Positions 39,635 to 53,714 of a stretch of DNA of 64,000 bases are shown here, in pieces. Made by a program: the position numbers and the translations under genes. The notes below the pieces were generated by a model. The model saw only the letters and a list, made by a program, of their open reading frames with translations. It was not told the origin of the DNA and did no database searches. Source of the DNA: Lama glama (taxonomy: Eukaryota). Where the stretch lies: positions 15,936,001-16,000,000 of the forward strand of contig CM052818.1 in the NCBI GenBank assembly GCA_028534125.1, written 5' to 3'. How positions within the stretch are numbered: the stretch's first letter is position 1; every line of letters begins with the position of its first letter.

Positions 39635-40078
39635 GCAAGGATTTGCAAACATTTTGGTTTTAGAACCTTTTCACATTCTTAAAAAATCATTGGGCTTCCC
39701 AAAGTGCTGTTGTTTATATGGGTTATATCTGTTAACACTTACCACATTAGAAATGAAAACTTAGAGATCTAAAATCTTTTCTCATTTTGAAATAAACATA
39801 TATGTTAAAATAAATAATACATCCTATGAAAAATTGCAAAAGAAAAACAGACATTTTAGTGAAATGAGTGGCATTGTTTCACATTTTTACGTCCCCTTAG
39901 GGTCTTAATAGAAGACAGCTGTGCTCTTGTAGCTCGGGCACTTACTCTCTTGGTATCACATATCAAAGAGCCCCTAGAAAAGTCTACTGTGCATCCTGTT
40001 CCCTTTCTCTTCTCCTTTTCCTCCTCCTCCTCTTTTTTCTCTTTCTTATATTAGTTTGGACCATATTTTGAGAACTGC
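39635..40078. mobile_element. hAT-Charlie-class non-autonomous DNA transposon
   Basis: Termini caaggatttgcaaac... and ...ggaccatattttgagaactgc; internal tgtttatatgggttatatctgtt tract. Confidence 0.65.
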
Positions 40079-40616
40079 AGCAATAAGTATGTTTTCTGTA
40101 TATAAGAAGATTTAGATGATCTCCTTTTGCTTGGCTACTGACGTTAGGCAGTATGATAAAGGATTACATTTCAGGTATGTAGTCAGCTTGCCTGATTTGA
40201 GTTTGACTGCTCTCTTGCTCTATGATCCTGACTAAGTTACTTTAAATCTCACTTGTATCATTTATTAAATGGGTCTGACAGAAATATTTTCCCCTTTTCC
40301 CCACAGTACTATTAGGAGACGTAGGAAGCAAATGGAAAACTCCAGCCCACAAAAGTAACCACCTGATAAATACTGTTTGATTTTATCTATGATTTTAAGG
40401 TTCCAAAATAGAACACTAAAACAAACACATCAATAAAACACTCAAACAACCACCACTTCCACTCCCACCTCATTCCTTAAAAAGAAGAAATAAACATGAA
40501 TCTGTGATTATCAGGTGCCTATGTACTTTTATGTAGAATTGAAGTTTATTTTTCAATATCAAAGGGAAGGTACCTGAAATTACACGTTGATTCTTTCTCA
40601 TTTGCTTCTTTCCCAG

Positions 40617-40690
40617 CAAATCTCTTTTAATATTATGTAGCAGAGACAGACGGGTGAAGATGGGTGCCTGTGCTTAAAGAAACAGAGGAG
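40617..40690 (+). other. Strong non-coding exon candidate (74 nt)
   Basis: Acceptor ttctttctcatttgcttctttcccag| and donor GAG|GTAAGT; stops in all three frames. Confidence 0.4.
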
Positions 40691-40773
40691 GTAAGTGCTA
40701 ACGCAATGTGAAAAAAACCATAGAAGTATACAATTTGGTTTTGATGCCTGATTTTTGGTACATATATGCTTAC

Positions 40774-40959
40774 TTTGACTTTTGTTCTGGTTTATATAAT
40801 GGCCCAAATTAAAAATTACCATGGGTATTAATCGCTGATTTCTCTCACTCATTGGATCAATTCCAACTACACCATCAGCAATATACTCTCTTACAGCAGT
40901 TGCAGAAATGATCATATTTGCAACATGAATATCATGTTTCACTCCATAATTTCAAAGCA
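40774..40959 (-). pseudogene. Candidate exon (186 nt, phase 1-1) with one early TGA: L*NYGVKHDIHVANMIISATAVREYIADGVVGIDPMSERNQRLIPMVIFNLGHYINQNKSQ
   Basis: Donor AAA|GTAAGC; weak acceptor ctaatactgacag|; globular-protein-like composition. Confidence 0.35.
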
Positions 40960-43049
40960 CTGTCAGTATTAGCTCAGTTCTCATAACAACTTTGTAGTTA
41001 GATGTGTAGTAAACATTTCTTCTTTTCGCCTTGGGACATAGCTTAAGAGAGTAATGGACTGAGATTGCAAAAGGTCTTGCAAAGAGCAGATGGGGGAGTC
41101 CTGAACTCCACAATAAATGTTGCTACTTCAAAGTAAAATAAATGGATGTTCTTGAAAATCAAATCTTTAAGACAAGAACTTGTATGCTTTTGAACTTTAA
41201 ACATTGGTAAAATATAAAATGATGTTTAAAAATGCAGTTTAACAATTTAGTAACAATCATACTCCTTTCATATTAGGCATTTAAAAAATATGCTTTGGCT
41301 TATTATACCAAATCAGTTCTGATAGTCTTTGTTAGACAAATGAGGGGTTAGTAGAATGTTTGAAAACTAGGTTACTTAGCCTGTTTAGGAGTATTTCAAA
41401 CACATCTTAGAATATCTAAGTATAGTGTTTAAATTAAAAAAAACTTTAATTTTCTGCCACAATATGATGAATTGTTATAACACTGAAGTGGAAAACCAAG
41501 GCAATGAAAGGATCCCTTTTTTAAATTCTAAGTTAATTTTAAAGAAACAATCCTTGAGCATCCTCTCATCTCCTATCTCTAAGAGAAATAAGCACTGGAT
41601 ATTATGTGCCTTCTTTTGATAAAACGTACTATAGTTAGAAGACCTGTTTTCAAATTCTGGTACCATAGTTCACAATGTTCTGAAATGAATTTCTGAACTT
41701 CAAATTCCTATAAAACAGTATGCTAAACATAACTACTTTGTAGCTTTACTGTAATAATTTAATGGGTTAACATATATAAAAAGCCACCCAAATCTCAAGG
41801 AAAGCTTCCCGCTTTTCCCTTCCTTGCTTTCTTTTTTCTTTCTCTACTTTGTTTACTGCAGATTAGATATTTTGCCTGTTTTTAGTGTTCGGCCTTTACT
41901 ATAGATGCTGGTAGTAATCAAATCTATATCTATTTTCTTTTGCAGTGCATTTAAAAAGAAAATTTTTGAAACACAATTTGTTGAATTAAGTTATAACTTT
42001 GTTAGGACGAGTTTTTATTTAGCACTGCTCAAATGTTTTAATTAAGCTAAATTAAGTGTAAAATATTTTCAAATATCAACAAAAGTATTATTATTTTCAT
42101 TTCATACTGTTATCTATAGTACTATACTACTGTAATAATTCAGTAATATCTTAATAATAATAGTACAAAAACATTACTGTACTATAATAATAGTAACATA
42201 ACATAATTTTATCTCAATTTTACAGAAGAAAATACTTAGAAACATATAAATAGGTACATCAGTCACAGAGCTAATAAGTGTCAGGATAAGATCCACACTG
42301 GTTGTTTTGTTTCAACCCGGGCAATTCACCACTTAACTAGATTAACCATGTTCATGTTTTTCCTTGAATAAGTGCCTCCAGAATCTCAGAAAAATTAAAA
42401 GACATTTTTCTTATTCTTCAGCTCACTATAGGGAAAACGTGATAATAAACTGGTTTCAGTTTGGTGAAGATCACACAATAACTCATACTTTGAGTCATGT
42501 ACTAATGTCTCATAGGTGAGGCTGTCTCTGCAGTTAGAGGTTTCCACTGCCAGGAAGGATCATCTCAATGACAACCATCCTGACAGGAAATCAGATTCCA
42601 GGACTAAAATCAGGAACCTGAAAGGCTGACCAGACCCAAGAGGGAGGGCCTTCTCTCTGGGCTTTTCCGCCTATGCTCTCCTCTTTCTGGAGCTTGCCTA
42701 GCAACTCCCTAAATGTACTGGAAACTTGCTTTTGCCTAATGGAACCAAAATAAATGCTCTGAAGAAATGGAGCCTGGAGGTATCAGGCAGGCACATTTCA
42801 GAAAACTTCATTAGGATATGTTACAGCCTGTGGGATTTGGGAACAGTTTTGGAAATAAAAATGAGTTATAAATTATTTTCTGTGTTGTAATTTCCTTCTT
42901 TATACAACGTAAGCATCCTCAAATATATGTTAATTGTGACCCACACCTGAATATACTGTAGTTACAAGCAAGATCAGAGGGAAATTTAAACCTGGATTCT
43001 ACAAGTTAAAAGGATCTGTAAACTTTATTTATAAGCCTATTATGTACAA

Positions 43050-44640
43050 AGCAGGAGGCATCATGATTCTTGATTTCAGTCTGTGCTACAAAGCTATAGT
43101 AATCAAAACAGTGTGATACTGGCATAAAAACAGCTCCAAGATGCACAGAACAGAATAGAGAGCCCAGAAATAAACCTACACTTACATGGGCAATTAGTCT
43201 ATCACAAAGGATGTAAGAATATACAGTCGGGAAAGACAGCCTCTTCAATAAATGATGTTGGGAAAGCTAGACAACCACACTCCAAAGAATAAATCTGTAC
43301 CACTTTCCTACCCCGTATACAAAATTAAACTCAAAATAGTTTGAAGATTTAAACATAAAACCGGAAACCATAAACTCCTAGAAGAAAACATAGGAAACAA
43401 AACCTTTGACATTGGTCTTAACAGTACTTTTTGAATCTGTCTCCTTGGGCAAGGGCAACAAAAGCAAAAATAAACCAATGGGACTACATTAGACCAGAAA
43501 CTTTTGCCTGGGAAAGGAAACCATCAATAAAACAAAAAGGCAGTGTACTAAAAGGAAGATCTTTGCAAATAATATATTTGATAAGGTATTTATATCCAAA
43601 ATATGTAAAGAACTTAGATAACTCAATTTAAAAAGACAATTTAAAGATGAACAGAGGACTTGAATAGGTTTCAAGGAAGCCATACAAATGGTCAACAGGC
43701 ACATGAAAAGATGTTCAACATCGCTAATCACCCAGTTAATACAAAACCACAATGTGGGACAACTTTACACCTGTCAGAATGGCTATTATCAAAAAGAAAA
43801 ACAAACAAACATACAAAAAAAAAAACAAAACCATGTATTGGTGAGAATTCTCTTGTGCCATTGGTGAGACTATAAATTGTTGCAGTCACTGGAAAACAGT
43901 GTGGAAGTTCCTCAAAAAATTAAAGAGAACTACTATACGATCTAACAATTCCATTTTTGAGTATTTATCCAAAGAAAATGAAAACACAAATTCAAAAAGA
44001 TATTTGAATCCTTATGTTCACTACAGCACTATTTACAATAGCCTACCAACTTAAAAGTGTCCATTGATAGATAGGTGGATAAAGAAGAGGTGGTATATAT
44101 ATACATACCACCTACATATATATATGTATATATATACACACACACACACTCCACACACACACACATGAATACTACTCAACCATAAAAAAGAATGAAATAT
44201 TGACAGTTGCAACAACATAGATGAACCTGTAATACATTTTGCTAAGTGAAATAAATCAAACAGAAAAGACAAATACTGTATGATTTCAATTATATGTGGC
44301 CTCTAAAAACAAAAGAAAACAAACAAAACATAAGAGAAACAGACTCACAGACACAGAGAACAAACTGGTAGTTTATCTCCCATCTAGAAGCAGTGTAAAG
44401 GGATGCTTAAAACAGAAGAAAGGGATTAAGAAGTATAAACTTCCAGCTATAAGACAAATAAGTCATGAGGATGTAATGTACAGCACCATAAATAATATTA
44501 TACTGACTCCATATGGAGGCAGGTGTAACTGAACTTACCATGCCAATCATTTCATAATGTATAAAAATACTGAATCACTATGTAATCCACCTGAAATTAG
44601 TATAATATTGTATGCCAGCTCTAAGTCAGTAAAAAAAAAT
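43050..44640 (+). mobile_element. 5'-truncated L1 (L1MA/artiodactyl-type) with 3'UTR and poly(A)
   Basis: ORF2-like ORFs 43431-43631 and 43660-43875; 3'UTR to gtaaaaaaaaaat; internal (TA)n(CA)n at ~44096-44166. Confidence 0.9.
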
Positions 44641-46530
44641 AGTGACCAAAAAAGAATCCAACACTACTTAAAGAAATACAGCAAAATTTAGCATTCAACA
44701 ACATAAAATTCACTATGTCAGTCATCCAATCAATAAAGCTGGAAAATATTCCTCATTTTTCCTCATAAAACAAGGATATTTGATTTACAAACATGAAAAA
44801 TGTGTAAATACATGCCATAGATTCAAGAAGGTAAAAAAGTACATAAATATGATGAAAAGAGAGATGAGATATAAAGCGTTACAAAATGAACATTTACAGA
44901 GAAAATATACATATAAAATAAAAAGAAATAAATAGTAAGTAAGAAATAAAGGATGAAGGCATAGCAACAGAAACGAAGCACAGATTAAAGAAAAAGACCA
45001 AACAAAAGGAGCCCCAGTGAGCTGTGAGACGGTAATTATATCCTATCATGTATAATTAGATCAAGAAAGAAGAGTAGATGAGAGTTGTAGCTTTGAAAAC
45101 AGAAGAGTAGAGAATTTTCCAAATTTAGTTAAAACTCTAAACCACACATTCAAGAAGCTAAACAAACCCCAAACAGAATAAACATAAAGAAAACAACACT
45201 GGGTCATGTGAAAATCAAATTGTTAAAATCAGTGATGAAAAGAAAAATCTGAAAAGCAGCCAGAGGTTAAAAAAAAAAAAAAAGGACATATTATGTACAA
45301 AGAAACACATTTAGAAGTGACAAAAATTCTTTGTCAAAAATTTATGCAAGCCAGAAGAAAAATGTCGTGATACTGTTAAAGTACTTGAGGGAAAAAAATA
45401 ACTCAGGGCTGTCAACTTGACTGTTTTCTTCCTGGTTTAAACAAATATATATCAAAAGTGGAAGTGAAAGAAAAACTTATTTAGACAAATAAAAGCTGAG
45501 AGATCACATCAATAGGAAGTTGGAACTATAAAAAATGTGAAAAGTTCTTCAGACAGACAAAAAATGGTATCAGACAAGAATTTAAACATATACAAAAATA
45601 AATAAATAAATATATACAAATGAAGGATACATGTTGGAAGTCATAATTATATAGTAAATATATTTATGTAAATCTCTTTTAAAATAATTGATTAAAATCA
45701 TTAACTGTGAATACAAATAATAAAAATACATAGTTTATAACGTGTATAGAAATAAAATTAACATCACCAACACAGAAGGGGTGAATCAATGTAAAATCTT
45801 GTTATCTACTTTCTATAGGCAGGCAGTGGCATTATATTTGAAGGCAGATTGTAATTAGTTGAAGATGTATATTGTGAACCCTGGAGGATCATAGCAAACA
45901 AAGATGGGAGTTATAAGACAATAGTGTAAAGAAAGTAATATGTAAAAGTAAGTAACTAACCCAAAAGAAGCCAGCAAAAAAGGAACAGAAGACAGCTGAA
46001 ACAAACAGAAAACAAATAGCAGGATGGTAAGTTTAAAGCCAACCATATTGGTTATTATATTCAACCTACCTGGAATGATTTAAAACTCCAATTCATTGGC
46101 AGAGATTCTCAAGTTGAACAAAAAGTAAGACCTGATTATATGTGGTATATGAGAAACCCATTTAAATATAAATACACCAATAGATTAGAAGTAAAAGGTT
46201 TGAAAAGAACATTATGAAAATACTAAGAAAGCTGAATTTAATATATTAATATCTAACAAAGTAGATTTATGAACTAAGAATATTAAGAGGGAAAAGTGAA
46301 ACATCTTATACTGACAGAGCGGTCAGTTCAACAAGGGGTCATAACAATCCTAAATTTGATTGCACCTAATTTAAAAAAGGTTCAAAGTACATGCGGCAAA
46401 AGATACAACTGAATGGAGCCGTACACAATATACACAAATATCTGAAGATAGTAAAAACTTTTTGTTCACTAGCTGATAAAACAAGCGGTGAAAAGAACAA
46501 AGAAAATTTGAGCAATACTATCAACCATTT
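44640..46530 (+). mobile_element. Older L1: ORF1, inter-ORF region and start of ORF2 endonuclease
   Basis: caagaagctaaacaaaccccaaacagaataaac, aaaatctgaaaagcagccagagg; endonuclease-like tract at 46020-46520. Confidence 0.8.
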
Positions 46531-46814
46531 TCCCTCTTGAACAACAAATAATAACAAAGTACAGCAAATAACATCCAGCTTGTCTGTTTATTCCTTACAG
46601 TTAAGAAGCCAATAGCTGTGACTAAATGGCTTCTTATACTAATGTTTAATTAATTTTCAACTTCTCTGTATTTGTCAGAAAAATCTAGATTATACCTTTT
46701 TCAGCTTTATTGAGATATAACTGACAAAATGATAAAATATTTAAAGTGTACAATGTGATCATTTGAGATATATGTGTGTGTGTGTGTATATACACTTTGT
46801 GAATAGTTACACTT

Positions 46815-47180
46815 TGATAATATACAACCCTAAGTTTCTTACAAAAAAAGCACAGGTTTGTTTCTTGCTCACACTCTGTGTTCATCGGAAGTTTGGCTAG
46901 GGGCTGTGCTTATCAGAGTCATTCAAGAGTTCCTGGCTGACAGTCACCCCATCTTGACACTAGCTTCCATGATCACCACAGTAAGCAGTAAGAGAATGTG
47001 TTAATTCTCACATTGGTTCGTAAAACTTTGGCCTAGAAGTGATGTGTGTGTCTTTTGTTCGCATTTCATTAGCCAGCTAAGTCACAGGAACACATGAGAT
47101 TCAAATGCTGAAAAAGTATAATACTACCATGACCAGAGGAAGTACTGGTGTACTTGTGGACAGCCTGAACGACTGTCACG
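46815..47180 (-). mobile_element. MLT1-type MaLR LTR remnant, preceded by an L1 3' tail at 46695-46815
   Basis: ggtttgtttcttgctcacac...ggcctagaagtgatgtgtg...catttcattagccagctaagtcaca. Confidence 0.65.
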
Positions 47181-48672
47181 TCCTATCTCTGGCAAATTCA
47201 CCTATCCTCCAAGAAGTAAGTGAAAATATTTTTTTTCAACTTTAAAACAGATGTAAAACATCATGCAAACTGTTCCTTAAATGCACAAGTGCTCATTCGA
47301 GGCCTATTTGCACAGCTTTGACATAAATTCTAATTTAGGGGTATCTGATTTTTTAATCAAATTAAAAACAGAAAAAATTAAAAGCGAGGAAATCTGTCTA
47401 GTGTAGATCATATGACAGCAGGAAAAATTAGCAGGGACAATAAGTTCATTAAAAAAAGCCAACCTGTCATATCACCTGGTATCAATTTGTATTAAAAAAT
47501 TCTCATACTTCATTAATCTCTGAGAGCATCATTTTCTTAGACCATGTACAGAAATTGAGTACACTGTGTGTATCCACTAAGAAATGTTGATTGATGCCAT
47601 ATTCTCTGTTTAGGAATACAGCCACCCGTTTAATTTTTGAAATCATTAAGAGCTCCTGCATCCCAATTGCACTTAAACACAATTTAAACAGTATTTATTT
47701 ATTCAGAAATCTCTATCTGGTCTCCTTAACCCACACAATATAACTTTTCAAGAATTCTATACTAGTAAGATTTCACTATAGTTTGAAAAGAAGGTGCTTT
47801 CATATGGTGAAGTAGTGAGCTAGGAATTAATAACATCATTGCACAATTCTCTAAGAGAAGTGTTACATGTATATATTATACATGTATAATGTATAAGATT
47901 ATATAAGAGTTTTTAACGTGTATAGATAACTGGGATAGATTTACTCATTATAAATTAAGTCCTTCTTGGACACATTTACTCCTACCTTGTGGTGGTAGGG
48001 AATTTTTTTTTTAAGTTGGTGTTTGCAAACTAACAAATTTTCAGGAAGATAATGGACCTAAGTTAATATATCTGTAAGATACATTGATATGTTTCCCTGA
48101 GAATATTTTCTGCATAATAATAAAATAATAAAGCATTTTTCCCTCCCTTTCAATACATTTTAAAGATTTCATATACTTATGTTAAGCATATCACAAAAGG
48201 GCTTTACTTGTAATCTTTTTACTTAAACATCTTTTTACATGATCAAGGAAAGACAAAAGGAGGCAAAACTTTTGATTTAGCATTTTATGTATGTCAAGTT
48301 GGATGTTGCCCACACAAAATCTGAAGGAAAAAAAAAAAAAGTAAAGATTTGTGTTCCATTGCTCCTGTTCTGACTTCCAGAGAGGCTATTCAGCCTTTTG
48401 CAACTGAAGAACCATTTCATCACTGAATAGAGTCACAGAGGATCTCAAACTTATAAGATATGTTTAGTTTCATAAAAGGGGTATGTCGAATTCCATGTGC
48501 TTTCAGAATCTGGTGGTAACAGGAAAACACCAGGGAATGTATTTAGGAACGATATCCTGAGGTTTGCACTAAGAGACTACAGCAAATAAAACAGAAACAG
48601 AAAGAGATAGCATCCTCTGTGCCAAGTGCTATGAGGATCCTGCAGACCATAGCTCCCCCAACCCTTTCTCTG

Positions 48673-48673
<1 letters not shown>

Positions 48674-48722
<49 letters not shown>
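48674..48722 (+). repeat. (CA)n microsatellite
   Basis: Direct reading, uninterrupted. Confidence 0.97.
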
Positions 48723-48725
<3 letters not shown>

Positions 48726-51700
48726 GAGTTCTCTCAGCATGAGAGCTACTTTGTTAAAAGCTGGTAATTGTCTTGGTAAAAGGAAAACAAGAACCACAGA
48801 TACTGTGAACTCACAGCAACATATTAAAGAACCAAGGGAAGAGTTAAATTGATGCACTCTTTGTAATTATGTTACACCATTAGCCATTACTCTGACTATT
48901 CAAATTATCTTGAAATATACACATACGTATTTTCTGCAGGTTGAGAGATAATCATATTATATCTGATTAATGTAGATCAGGCTAAGAAAACACTGCACAA
49001 TAAAAACTAAACTTTTAGAACAGACAAATAATAACAAAGAATGCATTTGTGGGTATGATCTGTGTAGGACCTTAAAGGGGGCAGAAAATTTTCCAGCTTG
49101 ATAGCAATATCCTGGAAAATTCCACATGAGAGAGATTCATAATTCTTCTCCAGACAGTAAGAGGAAAGAGGCAAAGAATTATGGATTTTAGGTAATGAAA
49201 GATACAATTTGATCCATAAAACCTATGCCTCATCTCACAACCCTGACTTGAAGAGTGTGACTGGTAAAACTGTAACACCAACTCATTGATACCCAACAGA
49301 AAACTTCAAATAGAAGTTGAATAATCTATAAGTCTGTTGGGTTCCTCCAAAATGCCCAAATCAGTGATTCACTTAAAAGAACATTTTGAAATGCTCATAG
49401 AAGATTTAATGGGCTCACCATGACTAGAGAGTCCTTAGGCTGCCCGTTCAATAAAAGAAATGGAAATCAAATATGAACCATCATAGCTTTAATGTGACTC
49501 AGTGACTACAGTTTTCTTCATCTCCAGTTTGTGGAGGAGGACAACAGAATATTTTCGGAATAAAGAGACTATGATCTGTTCATGAAAAGTAAATGGATGT
49601 GTCACGTTTTTTGTCTTTTCATCAGGAAAATCATGGCATTAATTCATGATTCCTAAAAAAAAGGTAGGAAAAGGTCATTTGCATGACTAAGATGAACTTA
49701 TTAAGGGTCTTAGAAGGTTTGTTACAGGAAACAGGGCAGGGAGTTAATGGTGGTAGGGGGACTATGAGAAATGTTTTAACATTTTCTATGTACAGTGTGG
49801 CTGAGCACACAGGTTCAGGTCCCCAAACTTGACTAAACAGCCAAGTCTCCATCATTTTTCCACCTGAATACTCCCACTGCCAGGGGTGCAGGGGGAAATC
49901 ACTAGGTCAGAGATAAGGCTTCAACATAAATATTTTATGAATAACTCCTTAGGTAACTCCCATACTCAGGTTCTGGATAGGATAAAAGATTATATTAGGA
50001 AAAAATTAAGATTTTTCTTCAAATTTTGGTCTGGTTCTTTATTCTTCTGAAATAATCCTTAGTAACCATGTTTGAGAACAGTCTCAGTTCTGTTCAGTTT
50101 GAATCGTCGAAAAGGGCCTGAATGCAATGGTAATGCTTGTTATTCCTCCCCTTCTCAGCCAACTTATTCTCTCTCTGACTGTAGAAATATTGTCACAAAC
50201 ATAATGCATTTGCACCAGGTAGATTTTGAGTCTTAAGTAATATGTAGGAAAAGTACTCTCTCTATAAATTAATGGCATTTTATTAAAATTCAAAGGATAG
50301 CATCATAATGAAATATATATTTAGTGCCATAGGATAATTAGTACCACATGTACCTTATAATAACTGGGGGTAGGGGTGGGGAGGGGTGGTTTCAATTAGC
50401 TACAAACAGGGGATACTTTTGTGCCTTTCTTGGTCCTAATTTTAACACTTAAAAACTAATTAAACTAAACTAAACTAAAATTGATCTAGAAGTACCTGAA
50501 CACATATAAGAAAAGAAAGAGTATAGAGTCATCATAGGCAGGGAAATATGGGGAGACAGGAAATGGTTCAGCCAAATGAGGCCGGAGAGTCATGACTTCT
50601 TCTAACACCATGAGTCGGAGGAGAGTGGCTTGTAGTCCAAGACAGGATCAAATTCGGAGCATTTATGAAAAAATGTTCCATTTCCCATATTAGTGGAGAA
50701 TGCTTCTCCCTGAGTCTTCTGCTTTCTGTGAAAATGGTAAATCAGTCTAATTCTGGGACTCAACTTTAGGAATCCAATCCAATACTAGATATATGTGGTA
50801 ATAAAATCGACATTTGTTTCTCTATTTACCTACTATCTTGTCTTCCTATTGCTTCCAAACTTGTCAAGAAGAACAGAAAAAAAAATTGAAAAATTAAAAA
50901 CCTATTTTTGTCTGAAAGCAAAAGCAGAAAGCCAAGTCACTTCAAGAAACAATACACCAGTGCACCAATGTGTGACTTCTCTTACTTAATCACTCAGCAA
51001 GGACTTTTTCATAAAAACTAGTTGTTATTACCTGAAGTTAAGACCTCATTTTACTGTTCTTTGTCACTTGCTGTTGGTTTCTCTGGCCAGCATGACCTTT
51101 CTCCTAGAATCTAACCCATTTTTCATACCCTATGTTAAATACCCTAGTATTCATAAAGATTTCCCTTATCCTCTCCCCTTGGGTGGAGATGCATTCTTCC
51201 ACAAAAACCTTATCAAACTTTGTTATCTATCTCCTATTCCATTTTGTACTTTTCTTAGATTTGTTTTCAAGTATTTTTTTTAGTTAGAATCTCTTGAAGG
51301 AGGAAACTAAATCGTAGTCAACTTTATAAACTCTAGCACAAATAACTGAACACAGGATATGCTCAGCAAATATATGTTGAATTTAATTGACCATATGCCA
51401 TGTAAAAATTTGTCACATGATAGATAATGATGTGTTTGGGATTAATATGATAGTAAAATAAGGAATGCCCTTAAATGAGAAAAAATACTTGAACACTGAT
51501 TCAAACAATGCCAGATTCACCTGAGGAAATATGTTGTCAAAACATAGATTTCTAACTCATATCTTTAGCTATATTAGGGAAGTTTCTAATAAAAATGTCT
51601 GCCATTCTGCATTTTGTAGATGGTGTAATTGATTAGTTTCTACTCTCATTGGCCCTTTTTCTGTAGTTCCCCAAATCTCCAAGAGGTATTTTCTGATAAT

Positions 51701-52337
51701 ATATTATGGATATAAATATTACTGAATAAACAAGTTCTTGGATTTATACAAAGTTAAAATCATGATTATGATTATAGTTATGTTAGCCATGATAAATATA
51801 CAGCAATCTTTTTCCTACTGTGATAATTAAATATGCCATAAGAAGCAATATCTAAAATTAACATCTCACAAAATAATAATATAAAAGTCAAAAGCTTCTA
51901 AGGTAATCAGGTATGTAATTTAGTACATGCCCAGACTGACCATTCATTACCCTTATGACTTGAGAGAAATGAATCAGCTGACTTGAAAACAAATAAACAA
52001 TGCTCACACCCATACCTATGTTTTCAGTTAATTTTCTCTTTGGTTTTTCACTGATATTTAAATTCTTTTATTTATTTACTTACACATTTAGTTAGGAGTT
52101 CTCTTCACATAAAATTTTGAGCACTCTAATTTTGGAAAATTAGAATTAAGCAAATAATGTGATGAAAAGAGGAATGTAATAGTGACCCAAGATTAACATT
52201 ATATTGTGTCCCCTACTCCAGCCAGGGTCTACCTGTATTATATAAATAACAAATATAATACATATTATATAATAACATTTTATTATTCCTGACTTTTCTC
52301 TTCATTTTCTTCCTTCACCGGATGGAGCCATGTATCT

Positions 52338-52557
52338 ATTGTTGACACTTGAACAACACAGGTTTGAACTGCATGGGTCTATTTCTGTGGGAATTTTTTT
52401 CAATAGTGAATACTACAGTACTACACAATCTGAGGATGTGGAACAGCAAATATGGAGGAACCATGGATAAGGAGAGCTGACGATAAATTACAGGCAGAAT
52501 TTTGACCTGGCAAGGGAAGGTGTCCCTAACTCTTGCATTATTCAGAGGTCAACTGTA
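52338..52557. mobile_element. MER8/Tigger-type MITE
   Basis: TIR-like ends gttgacacttgaacaacacaggtttgaactgcatgggtc ... gcattattcagaggtcaactgta. Confidence 0.85.
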
Positions 52558-53714
52558 TTTCCTATAGTTATTTGGGCTTGAGTCAAATGGCATATTATTA
52601 GGCTTACTGGAAAATTACATAATGCATTTTATTACCAATGCCAATTCTCTTCCCAAGTTCTGGTCTTAAGGAGAGAATACCAGTATGGCTGGCATGGCAT
52701 ACTTTAGACCATAAAGTACTTGCATAAAACATAATTGTTTTGGTTTTCATCTGACAACACCATGGAAATAGCTTCTAGACTAAAGGAACTTGAAAGGGCA
52801 TAAGGCTGAATATTAGTCTTTGATCAAGGGTTTAATTTCACTTGTTTTCTGTCTTGTATGTTCTCATTTAGTATTTATTTACCTAAACCATAGTTATTCG
52901 AGATGTCGGAATATAATTCATATTCCTAAGAATAGATTTTCTTTCTTCCAGGTAGCACTGGGTTTCCTGGAGAAAGAATCAACTATAGAAGTCTTTCTCA
53001 GGTAAAATGAGGCAAAGAAATCATTCATTCACTCAGTAATTCTTTAACTTATAAAATTAATGAAGAGAGCAAAGATGAAAAAGAAATATGTCATAGAAAG
53101 TCAGTAGCTTGAAAAGATGCTTCACTCCTAGCTCTGTTGCTGCTGGAGGAGGAATGAGTTATGGTTATGGTTGGGTGAAAGGCCACAGCATGGCAAAGGT
53201 TCTCCCCACTAGGAAGAAGTCTTTGCTCCAAAATATAGTATCCAGTGGTGAAACATGAATTTGGCCATGTTCATCCCCATGGCCATCACAAAAGCAATGA
53301 GTGTCAAAGAAATATACCCCATGTTTTGAGCAAATGAGCAGGAGGTTCTAGGATGAGAGCAGATTAGCACCTCGGGCAGGCAGTGACATTTTGGCTTTGG
53401 GGGATTAGTCTCTCTAGAATAGAAATTTGCTAAAGGAGTGGGACAACCCAGGAACTGGAGTGGTTAAGATTTGTATAGGTTTTGAGCCAATGGTTTGACT
53501 GGCCTGGAAAGAGGATATGTTATTCAATCCCAGCAAGGAATTTTAGCTTGAACAGAAAGCCAAGACTGAAGGTTGAGAATGAGGATGACACTGGGGGACT
53601 CACCCAGTCGAGACCACTGCTGCCACCCCCCAAAACAGTCATAACAGCATCACAAGCCCTACTCTTACACTGATGGCTAGTCAGGGAGGGGCTTAGTTTG
53701 TGGTGAAGCTCATC

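Noticed and set aside
40774..40959. Cys-rich alternative frame (CCKYDHFCNCCKRVYC) suggesting a zinc finger, and NLGHYINQ suggesting a SET-domain motif
   Set aside because: The Cys-rich frame has five stops; the SET resemblance is one short motif lacking the NHS core
47864..47886. Palindrome tacatgtata-tat-tatacatgta
   Set aside because: Low-complexity TA-rich sequence; expected by chance or slippage
48543..48857. CV-repeat and HT-repeat ORFs on opposite strands
   Set aside because: Translation of the (CA)n microsatellite
49000..50250. Unique-looking stretch with several 60-75 aa ORFs
   Set aside because: No consistent frame, motif or splice pairing that I can support; may be an ancient unrecognised repeat
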